NCBI GenBank assembly: GCA_000708835.1
Contig: DF237136.1
Coordinates: 38,928 to 102,927, forward strand
Length of the DNA stretch: 64,000 nucleotides
Direction: 5' to 3'
Source of the DNA: Klebsormidium nitens
Lineage: Eukaryota > Plantae > Klebsormidiophyceae
How positions within the stretch are numbered: the first letter of the stretch is position 1; the number at the start of each line of letters is the position of its first letter. The position numbers and the translations under genes are program-made. The notes beneath the pieces were generated by a model. It did not search any database and was not told where the DNA came from. It was given only the letters and a program-made list of their open reading frames with translations. This document shows, piece after piece, positions 23,092 to 37,200 of the stretch.

Positions 23092-26000
23092 ATGATGGCA
23101 GAAGGTTCTGCAGGGAAAGCAGCGGACCCCATATCAAGCATCCCATGTGTCAAATGTGATGCACCAGCAAAACTACAGTGAGTCTGCTTCGGTGCACTTC
23201 CTCATAGGGTCTGGAGGACTGTGGCCCACGTTGTGCACACTTACATTGGTGTCACAGAGTCGCTGCACGAAAAGCCTTTCTAAAAGCGTTTTGCATGTGA
23301 ACTCGAAGTGTGCAGATTCAGGATAAGTCAGGGTTGAGTGGGTTCTCCTGCCAATTGCTTGCCTGCGGCAGTATGCGATGCTTGCCACTCTGCACGTCTA
23401 CTGCCAGGAGCAGCTGGACACTTGCCCAAGGTATTGGCTTCTCCCGTTGTTTCTATTTGCAGCCTCAGCATTGACTCTTGATGACTGTCGAGTGCGCCAC
23501 GTGCTTTGGGCAACATCTCTCGTCCTGACCATCTCCGATGGGCTCTTGGGTATGGTCTGGCATCATGGCTTTATGCCGCTTTCAAAGAGTTGAGATACTG
23601 AGTGCGTCACTACAGTGCACCATTGGCTATTCTACAGTCACCTCAATGTGGTCGCTATAAAAGAACATCTGGAATTCTTCAATCACCTCAAAGGGGTCTT
23701 CAATCAGATACTCCTGCAGTGGCGCACTTTCGTACATGGCACTCGATGGATGATTGTTGTGGTGTGCCCTTTCCAGATGCCCCAAGTGCCTGGAGATGCG
23801 GCTCCCCCGCGACGTGTCGGCGTACTGCAGCCAGGCGTGCTTCAAGGCGGACTGGCCCGGCCACAAGGTGCACCACCGCGTGCAGCTGCCGGCGGAGCCC
23901 GGCGCCAAGCTGGACCTGGCGCAGGCCGCGCTGGCCAAGGGCTGGCTGTACGCCACCAAGAAGGGGGCCGCGCGCACCGACCAGTGCCCCACGTTCGCCT
24001 GGACAGGGTGAGCCGCATAGGCGGGGGGTTGGGGCAACGGCCGAGCCTGGGGCCAGCTGGGGAGGATGGGCGCGGACTTTCAGGGGTTTGTAAGAGTCAA
24101 ACAGCTGATGAGGCTCTACCCGACGAGGCTCTTATAAGCCCTCATTAGATCAGCCGATTGAAACTGCCACTGTATGCTATCCATACCATGTTCAGGACTT
24201 CTACTCACGGATGCAGCCTGCGGGCCCAGTCCAGCCTGCCTGCCAAAATGTCGGTGCCGCAGCAACAAGCTGTTACCTGAAGCTGCGTCTTGGCTCCTGT
24301 GCAGTGACCTGCGGCCGCTTCCCATTTCCCCTCGCCGAAGAGTGCCCACTAGCATCCCCCGGCCCGAGTGGGCAGAAACAGGCTACCCGGAGCAGGAGAT
24401 TGAGAGCAGACAGCAGAGGACTGTGGAGGTGAGGGGACGCTTGTGCAGGGGCAGCGGACAGGGCACCAGCATGCCGGCAAGGATGTCTTGGGCACCCAGG
24501 GCAGATCCTCGGGATGCATGGGCTGCCTAGGAAAACGCGGCTGCTGGTCGGGTAGCTGCTCACGTGGAGTGTCCCAGGCAAATGGTTGCAAATTTCGAGG
24601 CACCAGATTCAAACAGCTGCTGTGGATTGAGACCTTGAGAACCAAGTCCCTGGAAGGTGAAAGGATTGTTGCGCTTGTGAAATTTAGTGATGTTTGGGTC
24701 CGATCTTCTAGTCGTCAAGTGTTCCACAAATGCATCCTGAGGACTGCGTGTTTCACGTCCATTCCTAGAGACTTCGACTGCATGGCGGAAGTTCTGCATC
24801 TCGTTTAGCGCACTGTCAGTGAGGGGGCCAGATCGGCTGGGTCGCTGGTCACCAGGCACGTCTACGCTGTGACCTCGGTGTCTGGCATCCTCCACGAAAC
24901 AGCCTCGTCTCTGTCTGCAGATTCGGACGCCAAAACAAATTGCAGGCATCAGGGCAGCATGCAAGGTCAGCTCTTTGTGTTTTAACACCGCCGTACATTT
25001 GGCGATGGTTTCTGGCAATGATTGCGGACTGTCAGTGCCTCTTACAGTCATAGGACGTTTTTGGGAACTTACTTTGGTTGATGAATCCTCCGAATCCTCC
25101 TACGAAGACTAGATTCGCGACGATCTGGTGGGCTGAGCAAGTAGACTTGAACCGAATACTCTGTTCATCCACCGGGTGGCCTTGATCCCTGAAGTGCATG
25201 AGCAAGCCAAAGCACGAGGGCAGCTTCTCTGGTGTCCGTTAGTTGTCTGGTTGTCGCGTTCGCTACGTCCAACTTGGCTGGCGCCGCACCACTGCTGCGG
25301 GACTCATCGCTGGTGTGATGTGTGCAGCTGGGGCGCGAGGTCCTGGACGCGGCTGCCGCGGCCATCCGGCCGGGCATCACCACGGACGAGATTGACCGCA
25401 TCGTGCACGAGGCCACCATCGCAGGCGGCGCATACCCCTCCCCCCTCAACTATCACAACTTCCCCAAGTCCACCTGCACGTAAGTCCGAGGCGTCTTGCA
25501 AATCGTCTATGCGCAATCTGTATGTGTTCCTCGAGGACAAAGCTGACTTCGCACAAGTTCCGTTCTCTGTTTTGCATCTGCGTCTTTCCAGATCCTCAAG
25601 ATGTGTAGTTTGGAACGGTCGAAAAAACCCGACGCTTGAGGCACTTGTCAAATACGGCCCTGTCACGCTGGCTGGTGTAAAAACTGCACTCCCTCAAAGC
25701 TTTCAAACCAGCAAACGGCAACCTGGCGGCCGTTTGGGGGTCTCGGTTTCGTGGCTGGCGGAAAGTGGCGGCTATTCCCGCAAAGACCGGATTCGGAGAG
25801 ACCGTGTCTGTCGCTCGTCCCAGGTCCGTGAACGAGGTGATTTGCCACGGCATCCCTGACGCACGGCCACTCGCGGAGGGCGACATCGTGAACGTGGATG
25901 TCTCAGTGTTTCTGAACGGCTATCACGGGGACCTCAATGAGACCTTCTTCGTCGGCAAGGTGGACGACGTGTCGCGACGGCTGGTACAGACCACCTACGA

Positions 26001-26984
26001 GTGCATGCAGAAAGCCATCGAGATAGGTATGCGCCCCACACGGCGAGCAGTGCGAGCGGCTCGGCAGTCCGCATGCTTCGATGCGGGTTGCTGGGAGCGA
26101 ATGCCCCATCCATTCGCTCTGACGCTGGTTCTGGGTTGGATTGCCGCAGGTGGTGTGCTTGCATGTCCTGGTCCTGTGAAGATGGAGGAAAGTAGATTGC
26201 GTTCGACTGGACCGGTCCGTAATTGTGCCGCCGCGCCTGTTGTGCCTTGCAGTCAAGCCTGGCGTGTTGTACCGGGAGGTGGGGGAGGTCATCAGCCGAC
26301 ATGCGTCCATGAACACCTTCCAAGTGGTGGGTACCGTTGCTATGCAGCACAGGTCTCCTTGCGGAGGTTTTCGTGTCGTCTACGCCCCAGTCACGTTGTT
26401 GCTTCTGAGGGTGTTTTGAGAGCATTGTCTGTGCGGATTGATAGTTAGCGGACGCATTCTCCTCTGCCCAAGAGAGACTCTCTTCAGGGGCAGACAAGAC
26501 GCACTTTTCGCGGCCCGTGCAGGTGAAGTCGTACTGCGGTCATGGCATAGGAGACCTATTCCATTGTGCGCCCAACATCCCGCATTACGCTCGGAATAAG
26601 GCGGTCGGAGTGATGAAAGCGGGCCAAACATTCACAATTGAACCCATGATCAACACAGGTCAGTCTGGCCCTGAGGCCGGGTGTGTCGCTTTGCTCATGT
26701 TTTAGTCACTGCCGATGTGGCAGCAAGGCATCGTTGCTCGTGTGCTCCGTACAACTCTTTGGTTTGCAGCTCACCAGACAAGATAGCAACAGACAGGCCC
26801 TTGTCCTTTTCTGCCAGGGGTCTGGCGGGATCGCATGTGGCCAGACGGGTGGACTGCCGTGACCGAAGACGGTGGCAGAAGCGCCCAGTTCGAGCACACA
26901 TTGCTGGTTACGGAAACCGGCGTTGAGGTGCTCACTGCCCGTTTTCCAACGTCGCCAAAAGTGTTCCCATGGCTGCACGAATGA
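23092..26984 (+). CDS. MAP1A: Cytosolic methionine aminopeptidase 1 with N-terminal zinc finger
   Basis: CVKC..LQ|[19 protein letters not shown] zinc finger; [29 protein letters not shown]; [17 protein letters not shown]; SYCGHGIG; FTIEPMIN; [19 protein letters not shown]. All introns GT-AG in consistent phase. Confidence 0.97.
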
Positions 26985-28114
26985 AGGTTGCCAGGCATAG
27001 TTTCTGGGCTATGTAACAGTATCTCTGATAATGACACGGACATCGGAAAGAACAGTTCCTCATTCATCTTGACAAGCCTCCACGTCGCATCATGACTCAT
27101 CGCGATTGCTACTCAAACGTGCATGATTCGAGTAGCTATGTATAGCTGGCATCTGTATGCAAAGTCACTGATCCGTTCATCCGGCCTAGAAACGGATTCT
27201 TGTCGAAAGCTAGCTCTCGACTGTTTCAATGCGGCATATATATGTATTTCAGACACGCACGGTTGGCAGATGAGCCATAACTGTTTGAATACCTGAGTTA
27301 TATTTACTGTTGATGCTCCGGGGAAGTCGACATGGCGGTTATAGATGCATTCGTATAATGCACATGCATGAGCATGGCCATGTAGTGTTGCATGGTTGCA
27401 TGTCTGTGGAGCCCATGCAATTGGCTTAAGCATGATGCTAGAAGTGACTGTTGCATAAACATGCGTATCGTGTCATGCATTCACGCATTGATTATACGTC
27501 TAGATTTCTAGCTTATTAATCTCATATTGATACCATTGCAGACTATGACCCTAAAATCCGATAATCTTTACGACGTACTTTCCACTAAGGAATAGAGATC
27601 AAGGCATGCCAGCGCGCTCGGCAGGTGACAGGATTCCGATTGCCGGAAACTGAACGCTGTTGCAGAATGAACAACATGTCATTCCTGGTCAAAGCAGCCA
27701 TGTGCCAGTTTGTGCCAATCCGACCCCATGCCTCGTGTAAGAGCATCATGTGATTGGATAGGTCACCGACATGATCTTCCTCCTCCGATCTCGCCATCAA
27801 GATAAAGTGTCGACTACAATTCACGAGTTTCTCGTATCCACGGCAGACATTTTTCTCAGCATCGGCAGCTAAGGCATGCGTCGCTCCAGCAAGAGGCGTC
27901 AATCGACCTGACAAAGGATACTTATGTGAAACTTGACATACCTACATACCTTGGACAAATGAGAATAACCAGTTAACAAGATGGCAACCTCAAGTTCGTA
28001 AGTACCTGAGACTTCGACAAGAACGCAAGGTATAGAAAGGTCTGGCTCTTCACGATCAGATGTGCTCGAAATACCTGCGCTTTCCAAGTTTGCAGCTTCC
28101 GCTGTTTAGCACAA

Positions 28115-30368
28115 TCAATGCTGCTTCTCTTTTGCCCATTCCACGTAGTTGTCAAGCAGCAGCGGCCAGGCCTGGCTCTCGTCGTAGTTACTGAGATCCG
28201 GCTTCACCTGTTGGCATATCCGCCATAAGAACGACAACTGTAAGCGATGAACAAGGGAAAAGTAGAGCACATCAAAAAATTTGAGGGATTGGACTTGAAC
28301 AACACTCCTACACAGACTGGGCGTCACTTAAGCAGTCGCACCCACCTCGTTGCAAAACCGGAGGAATGCTGTCCACTGGTCCAGGTTGATAGCCTTGTAC
28401 TCCTTCTGCTCCTGCATGAGTGCAGCAGCAACGAATCCATCGTTTAGTCAGCAAGCTCACAGTGAGGTCAACTGGACTCCTTAGAAGTACAGAGCTCATA
28501 TCCAAAACGGAAAACTCTGCTCCATTCAAGAACAAGGAAGGTATAGGCAGGTCTGATCCAAGTAGAGTGAGGTAGCGGTTAATCATCATTTCGCAAAGGT
28601 ACACATTATTTCACGGTGGTCAGCAATCTGCAAACGTGCAAACAAGAGTCAAGTGCGAATGTGAGACCTTGACGGCAGCAACTCCCACTTACTTGGAGAA
28701 ACTGGACAAAAGTTGGAAGATGCGGGTGGGTCCCCAAAACCAGCTCCAGCATCACAGTCGCTGTTTCAATGTCCAACGTCTTTTGCAATGGTTCTGCAAG
28801 TAGAGAATTCGACAGTGATATAGTGGTCTGCGTCCAGCCGAAAACCATCACTCTATCCTCGCATAGTGACAAAGTTTGTTCTCCTGACAGAACATGCATA
28901 TACTCTCGCTGCTTTTACGGCCTTGGAAGTGCCGTGCTGAGTGAATATTGAGAACAGCTCGATCAGAATCTGCAACATTTACATAAATGAACAATGTAGT
29001 GACGTCAAAATTCTGGTGCAAGTGGGCCTCGCAGCAACCACGGTGTATTTTCAAAGAGCCACACGCGCAGGATGGAGTTAAGCCTGCTCAAGAGCTGCTG
29101 GCACAGGAATCAACATGAAAGTCTCAAATCGTTTTGGCCCTGGAGGAGCTTCCTGGTTTGAACTCTCACCGGTTAAGCAGAATCTGAAGGCAAATTGGTA
29201 AAACTCCTTGAAAGTGTACGGGTTTGCAACCTGAAACACAAAAAGTTCATCAATTACTTTTACTGCATAAAAGGCATGCGAATGGAAAGGATGGGACACT
29301 TCAATGTTGAACCATCATGCCAAAAGATGTTCCTTATCATGGTACCTCAGATTGCACATACAAGAAAACAAGGCTGCGCTGGACAGTCAAGACGTCGGAT
29401 GCGATGATAAGGCAGAAACTGTTGCTGGCAGCCTTACCTCATCTTGTAAACTTGGAAGAACCCTCTTCAACTTATCCAGGGAGTCGACTCGCAGACCCTT
29501 GAGGCCTTGTCGCCACTCATCTCTTGAAAAGTACCCCATCCGAGATGCCTTCAATCTCCTGGCAACCAAAGACTTGCTTGGATCAAGCAGATCTATCCTG
29601 CCTCACACAACCCAAAGCCGGAGAATCTTAACCGTTGCGAGAAATTAAGACATGGAAGTGTGTACGTAGCAGCACTACAATTAACTTCCCCTCGGACTCT
29701 CACCATGCCAGCAGGAGAATCCTGATGTCAGTTGTGCTTATCCCCAGATCGTCGCACAGTCTCTCCACTCCAGTGGGCCTGCCAAACAAAATAGCGAGAA
29801 AGTTGGGGGTTTAGTGAGTGTAGAGGATGACACTCTCTTTACTGGTAGAGTAAAGCAGAGTTAGATCCAAACACGAGCAATGATCAGCAAGCCCTGTGCA
29901 ATCATTCTTCGTGTTGCAAGAGTGGGTCTCGTTGAGGTGAGCTTACCCGATATCCGCCTCGTCATCGGCATAATGTGCAAACAATGCTTCCACCTTCTCT
30001 GAGTCCCCTCGACTTGTCCGTCCTATCAAAAAATGAACATGTGAGTTATAAGCTGAGCACGCGATGTTGCAGCTGACCTAGACAGTGACCAACAGAGAGC
30101 AATCCCTATATCGTCATGTACAAAGTCTGCGACTGACTTTTTGCTTTGTGCAGCATTGGCTAAAAGCTTAGCACATCATACAACATTGTAAGCAAACCCA
30201 TCAAACAAGTGGCCAAGCGGAAAACAGAACAAGGAGACCCTAAAAGCGCTTCTCAACTTGACATTACTACCAAGAACAAGGCCAGGTCAGCAGCTGCTTC
30301 TTCCACTCCCCAGGCCCTTTACCTGCTGAAGGTGCTGGAGTTGGCTGACTCCTGGAAGACCTCCTCAT
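28115..30368 (-). CDS. DCN1: DCN1-like (defective in cullin neddylation) PONY-domain protein lacking UBA (DCUN1D4/5-type)
   Basis: Spliced: MRRSSRSQ..EALFAHYADD..IG|PTGVERLCDDLG..ILLLAW|RLKASRMGYFSRDEW..FKEFYQFAFRFCLT|E..QKTLDIETA..YKAINLDQWTAFLRFCNE|VKPDLSNYDESQAWPLLLDNYVEW. Confidence 0.93.
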
Positions 30369-31147
30369 ATTGGATTCAGAAGCTTCGAGGGGGGAGACCT
30401 GGCCCGGGCTTGCAGCCCAGCTCGTGTGGTGGTTGGGAAGTGCAGCCCGGGCCTGCGGACGGGAGCTCCAGCAGGAACCTATGGTGCCGTCTCTGCTGAC
30501 ATCAATGACGCGATGCCAGGCCGATGCATCCAACCAAAGGCCGTTGTGAACTCTCTAGCTCTCACTGCGCCATGTTCTGCATCCTGATGGGGACGAAGCC
30601 AAGTCACAAGTGGGCATGAGCAAGCACATCATGCATCAGGCTGAGAAGGTCTGCATGCAAAGTCTTCAAAAATGGTCGTACATTCTAAAATAATATTATT
30701 ATTATTGCCCCCAACTCCAACACTAGGTTTAGAAAAACGGGTTGGCAACCTGGGTTGGCCTTCGTGGGTCGTCCGATTTCCTCACGGCGACCATTGAAAC
30801 GTCAGCTTTTTCAGTCGTTTCCGCACGTTTCTGTTGTCGACACAAACTCTTGAGGATCACTTTTTTGACCCGGCCGCATTTCTGTTGGGTACAAAGAACG
30901 TTACCATTACACAGAGCGACGGCACATGAGCGTTTATTGTTTGCGCTGGTCAGTGGGTGGTTATGTATAAGGTTAGAACCACTCGTGCCAGTTGACTTTT
31001 CAGTGTGGAGTCTGGACGCAGAAGTTCAGGTTAGAACATGCCCTCCCGAGCTTGGGCCCTGGCCCTGGCCCTGCCAGGTGCTGCTCGACTCAAATTGTCT
31101 CGGAGTGGAAGTGGCAGTGGAACAGGGCTGAGGCTGAGGCTGTAGGA

Positions 31148-31202
31148 CCAGGTACGCTGAGTTGGAACTTGGACACCACCAGGTACACTGAGTTGGACAC
31201 CA
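31148..31202 (+). repeat. Imperfect tandem duplication immediately upstream of the predicted aminopeptidase N start
   Basis: CCAGGTACGCTGAGTTGGAACTTGGACACCA (31148-31178) followed by CCAGGTACACTGAGTTGGACACCA (31179-31202). Confidence 0.7.
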
Positions 31203-34200
31203 TGCCGGCGGTTGCCTCCGTTTTGAGTCTGCGCACACACAGTTCAGCTACTTTTCTGAGAGCAAAATCGTTCTCCAATTCAGGCAGCAAGGATTGTATG
31301 CAGGCTGGTGCAGCTATCGTGCGAAGGGTAAGCTCGCTGTGTTGAGATGCTGGAGGGCCTGCTCGTGTAAAGTGCCTCATAGCATTCATCGATTTGTGCC
31401 ATCCATAGACTAGAGTTTTGTATGGACAACCAGTTTGCAAAATTGCCGCAACTGTTCCATCCGGCCTTCAACCGTATTCAACATCAACAGGTCGCAGTGG
31501 CGAGCGGATCTCTTTAGAGGCTCTCCTGACGTATCTAGTGTCTCTTATCGTGCAGTGTGCTCGCTCTTTTCTCCGGACACCCCCAAAGCAGACGAGGACT
31601 GTCTTAAGTACCTCTCGCCCCTTCCGCAGCAGTGAGACACTTTCTGGACAGGTAAAGCAGGGCAGTTGGCGCGAGCAAGAGTGGACGTCTAGGCCCACAT
31701 GCGAACCACTGGAAGGAACCTGTTAAATTCGTGAGGAGCTTGCATGTGGTTGTTCAGCTGCGGTGTCGTCTGTTGAGTACCAGCCCTGATCCTTTATCTG
31801 CATACGCTGCTTGAATTGCACAACCAAGTGAGCTTCTTTGATGTGCTCTGTTGCAGGGATTGAGACCTTCGCAAGCGAGCATCGTGCCCACTTCGCTGTT
31901 CGCTGCTCTGGTCAGCCTCGTGCACCCTCTCTCCAGAGATTGCTTTTGAGTCGATGTAGGCTGCTGGTAGAATCAGGCTCTGTCAGATTGGTTGATTCAC
32001 TTCTTCAAGGGCACATCAAAGTGGTTGCTTTTCTGCTCCACCACCTCTCCATCAATCTCATCAACTTGGGTATGTGATGCTGACGCCACCCTTCTTTCTG
32101 AGCAACTCGGTTTTAATTAGGCCAACATGCTTCCTGTCTGCTCCTGTTCAAATAGTCCCTTGGTTATCCGTTGCAGCCCAGCATGGCCCCCAATGTCGAG
32201 CGTACGCAGATGACAGTAGCCACCCAAGCGGCTGCTGAGCCCGTAGAGAAGAAAGAGGCTCCAAAGCCGATCTTTTTGAAAGACTATAGGGCACCGGATT
32301 ATCTTTTTGACAAGGTGAGCTGGACAACTGATTAGGATCTTCACATGGAGCCGGGAACAAACAGGGCCCCCATCAAGGCAACATAGACGTCATCTGCACC
32401 AGCCCAGGAATCGGATTTGCAAGGAACTGGGTGTGGTCGCTTGTTGCCATGTTCAGTTGGCTACTCCTTGACTTGACTTGACTCCTTAAAAGTTCAATTG
32501 ATGCAGGTCAATCTGACTTTTGAGCTGGGTGAAGACTACACGACTGTCACTTCGAGCATCCTGGTGCGGCCCAGCCACTCAGGTATGGTGTGGGCCACCC
32601 TCCGTTTTTACAAAGTCCATCTCAGCACGCAGTTCGATGGCTGCCAACCCGACTCTAGAGCTCCTTTGGCAAAGTCAGGTTAGTTGGAAGCCTGTTGAGT
32701 ACCGGGGCTGTCCCTGCCTGTAATTACACCGCTCTTGCTGGCACAGGTGGCAGCCCTCCTCTGATCCTGGATGGGGCTGAGCCCAAGGACCTGGAGCTGG
32801 TGAATGTCAAGGTGAACGGGAAGGCGCTGCAGGTAGGTCTTTTCGTGCAAGTCGTGAGAGACAAGGGATTGCCAACTTGAAATGATATCTCTAGAATAAG
32901 TGGCTCAAAGATACTGCCAAGCTTCTCATCTGAATGATAGGTGCTTTTCAGCCACCCTGATTGCGGAGCCCGAGATTGGGAGTCCACTTGGGATGGACTA
33001 TCGACAGGGTCATAAACCCTTCAAGGTTGGTCATGCGGCACTGATGGCTGAGTAAGTGGATGAGATGTGGCTTTGTTGTTGTATGCGCAGAGAAAGTCTT
33101 TGAGGGGCATCTTTGACCTCGATCTCTCTGCGGATTCTTTTTGCTTTAGGCATCAGCAGAGGAAAGAGTTCACTGAAATGCTGAACCAGGGTTAAGCTGC
33201 TGCAGCCTAGTCCAGAGGTGACTCCGCGTTTGGGTATGCTTGCCTGCAGACGGGCGACTTCGAGCGCAGCCAGAAGAAGTTGACCATCGTCTCCCCGCCC
33301 GCGGAGGCGTACACCCTGGAGATTGAAACCAAGATCCAGCCCCAGAACAACACCGCACTAGAGGTCAGCAGCCCTCCGCGCAAGCAGGGGGCCGGCTTAA
33401 GCAAGTCTTAGATTGCCATTGGTCGAAGATGATGGGCGACCTAAGGCCGTCCAACGCGCCTTCCCTGTTTCCTTGTCCTGTGTCAAGCCACTCCTGGAGG
33501 AGGTTGCTGGTACAGCTGCTTGCCTGTGACCTCTTGCCCATTCAGGGCCTTGCTGCAGTCCAGTGGGCCTGCTCGTGTGTCCTCACGCACTCAAGCTTGC
33601 CGCGTGGCAGGGCCTGTATAAGACGAGTGGCAACTTCTGCACCCAGTGCGAGGCGGAGGGCTTCCGGCGCATCACCTTCTACCAGGACCGCCCCGACGTC
33701 ATGGTAAGGGGTCCTCCGAAAGGACCTGGTGTCCTAAGCCCTGTTCATTGTAACAACCGTGAAAGCATTCAATGGAGGAATCAACGGCTGCCACTCTTCG
33801 ACCTGCCATGTCAATTGACCATATTCTTACTGAATGCTAACAAGCCCTTTCTGACGACAGGCCCGCTACACGGTGCGCATCGAGGGTGACGCGGCGCGCT
33901 ACCCGGTGCTGCTGTCCAACGGCAACCTGGCGGAGCAGGGCGATCTGGAAGGGGGCCGCCACTACGCGGTGTGGGAGGACCCCTTTGTGAAGCCGTGCTA
34001 CCTGTTCGCCCTGGTGGCGGGCCAGCTGACGCACACGGAGGACAAGTTCGTGACCATGTCCGGCAAGGAGGTCACTCTCCGAATATACGTCCAGGTCAGG
34101 CCGCCACCGCAAGAGGAGCACTGCTGGCGTTCTTCTTCGTTGGACCGGTGCGATGGCTGCATGCAATCCATGAAAACGTGCGAGTATCGTGCGGGTATTG

Positions 34201-37200
34201 GGCCCGGATTCTCCACAGCCATTCAAAGCCCATCTACATATATTGTTTGTCAATTCACAGAAGCTCTGCTCCTAAATTCATTCAAATTGAGCCTCGTTTC
34301 TTTGTTTTCTCTCCCTCTGTTCATTGTCTCACACAATACCTTGACTGGTATTGGTCAATATTGAACGTGTGCTGACGACTGCTTCTGCTTTTGGACATGT
34401 AGGAGCACAACAAGGACAAGACTGCCTATGCCATGCGCTCGCTGCAAGCCGCCATGAAGTGGGATGAGGATACTTTCGGCCGGGAGTACGGTGAGGCTCC
34501 AGCGCAGCCAAGATCCTTTGCGGCCGTTCGTGTGGATATGGTTCTGCACGACATATCAAAAACATTGTCCAACAATTGTAAGAGGCGCTTTGGTGACCGA
34601 TTCGTGAACCCGATCCTTATCCAGAAGCTTTTCGCAAACTGATATTGGCTTTTCCTTCACCCAACTCATTGCCTTTTCTTTTCATCCAGATCTGGATCTG
34701 TTCAACATCGTGGCTGTCGACGATTTCAACAGTGAGCGTTTCGACGACTTTCTTATCGCTTGCCATCCGACTCGTCTGAAGCAGCCTCTGGGTCGCCTCC
34801 GTCAGAAGGTGCACGAGAACATCTTTGTGGGTGCCTTGGCATGCAACCCGCTTGCCATGCCCTCACGCGATATTCCGCCAGGCGAAAAGCAGCCTGCTGT
34901 TTCCAGGATGCCGAGCGACTGTGTGCGGCAATTGTTTCCGATATGGGGATTCTTGCTCTGATTTGTGCTGTAAAACGGGCTTCCAAACCGGGTAGCACAG
35001 AGTGCTGTAGGTGCAGCCTGGTAGGTCAAGCGGCTGTATGACGTGCTGTGTGGCGTGCGCAGTGGGTGCGATGGAGAACAAGTCGCTGAACATCTTCAAC
35101 TCGCGGCTGGTGCTGGCCACCCCCGAGACGGCCACCGACGGCGACTACACGTCCATCGAGGGCGTCGTCGGCCACGAGTACTTCCACAACTGGACCGGCA
35201 ACCGCGTCACCTGCCGCGACTGGTTCCAGCTCTCCCTCAAGGAGGTAACACCACCGGATCCTCGTCACTTGAGCGCGTGTGGGTAAAACATGCTTCACGT
35301 GAGATTCGAATCCTGGGTCGAAAGGGTTGCCACATGGTACTGTCTGCCTTCCAACCGCGGTTGTACAGGAAATGAAGTGGCCTTCTATTTGTGCAGGGCC
35401 TGACTGTCTACCGTGATCAAGAATTCACGTCCGACATGACGAGCCGCGCGGTGACGCGCATTGGGGACGTGCAGCGGCTGCGCATGGCGCAGTTCCCGGA
35501 GGACGCAGGGCCCATGGCGCACCCCGTGCGGCCACAGTCGTACATCAAGATGGACAACTTCTACACGCTGACCGTCTACGAGAAGGTCCGCACACACTCT
35601 TGCTGGGAGCCAGCTCCAGAGGACAGATTAAATTGGTCCTCTTGGAACCGTATGGTTGACTAATTGCTTCGGATACCGCGTGCGCTGCGGGTCTCGTCAT
35701 GCCTGGTTATGCGGCCCCAGCTGCACAGTCTGACGTCCCGGGGGTGTGTGCCACGCAGGGCGCGGAGGTGGTGCGCATGTACGAGACGCTGCTGGGCAAG
35801 GCCGGCTTCCGCAAGGGGATGGACCTCTACTTCGAGCGCCACGACGGGCAGGCCGTCACCTGCGACGACTTTCTGGCCGCCATGCGCGACGCCAACGGCG
35901 CGGACCTGGGCACCTTCCCGCTCTGGTACCAGCAGGCCGGCACGCCGCGGCTGAGCATCACCACGCACTACGACGAGGCGGCCAAGACGTTCACGCTCAC
36001 CACCAAGTAAGTAAGGGGGGCTGCGCGCAAGGACCACCGGGTGTACCGATGGCGGCTTGTCAGGCACTGTACGCCTGGGAGTCGTCTTAAAGACCTGATG
36101 TCTTTTTGAAATTGGCAGAGCTGGTTGTAGACGGCTGGCCCGGGACCACCATCAGATGATAAGCCGGACGTGGGAAAGTCAGCCTCTAACTACCCTTGAG
36201 CCAAAGTGCATATGCCTATTGCCAGAATGGAGAGGTGGCGTGCAGTTTAGGTGTTGATGTACGTTTTAGCCATGCCCTATTCCGGTTCCATTCTTCAAAG
36301 AGACGCCTTTCGGAAGCTTGAGACATGCTTTACCTTGCTGGTACGCGACTAAAGGGACGTCAAGTGACAACAGCACGTTTCCAAAGTTGTTGACGCTCCT
36401 TTGGTGGTGGCGGCTTTCACAACTTGGCTTTCCTATGGACGACTGTCTAACTCATTGTCGGGCACTTCGTGTCGCGCCAGGCAGGAGGTCCCACCCAGTG
36501 CGGGCCAGCCCGTGAAGCAGCCCATGCTGCTGCCGGTCACGGTCGGCCTGCTCGGGCCGGACGGCGCCGACCTGCCCCTCTCCTCCGTCAACGGGCGGCC
36601 GCTGGCGGGGCCGGACGGAGCAGCGCCCACGTCCACGGTGCTGCGCGTGGACCAGGCAGAGCAGACGTTCACGTTCGACAACATCCCGGCGCGGCCAGTG
36701 CCGTCCCTGCTGCGCAACTTCAGCGCGCCGGTGCGGCTGACCTCTGACGTGACGGACGAGCAGCTCATCTTCCTGCTGGCGCACGACTCGGACCCGTTCA
36801 ACAGGTGCGCAAAGCAGCCCCGCACGAGGCACGCACGAGTCTAAGCTGCTTCTCTTTGCGAAATTGTGATCTTGTGTGTCTTGCTTAATTCTTCCAAGTT
36901 TTCACATCGACGAGATGCACGCGCACGTCAGAATTCAAGAAGGCCGCTCACCTTCCACACGCCTACATCCGGGAAGAAGGTCAGCGGCTGCTGCAGCCCC
37001 GTAGCCCTGAACTCTGTTGGGCACGGTTTCGTTGATGCGGGTGTGTCCGGGGTGGTGTGCAGGTGGGAGGCGGCCCAGACGCTGGCGCGCAAGCTGATGC
37101 TGGACCTGGTGGGCAAGGCCCAAAAGGGGGACACCCTGCAGCTGGCCCCCGCCTTTGTGGCCGCGCTGAAGGACGTCCTCACGGACGCGGCTCTTGATAA

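Noticed and set aside
24101-24170. CTGATGAG...GAAA hammerhead-like words (also GGACGAAAC near 16770)
   Set aside because: Stems II and III cannot be formed with the required spacing; it is just a local hairpin.
27913-27921. GTATCCTTT (U12 donor consensus) on the minus strand in the DCN1 3' region
   Set aside because: Lies outside the CDS, has no good branch point or acceptor, and one such 9-mer is roughly expected by chance in 128 kb of both strands.
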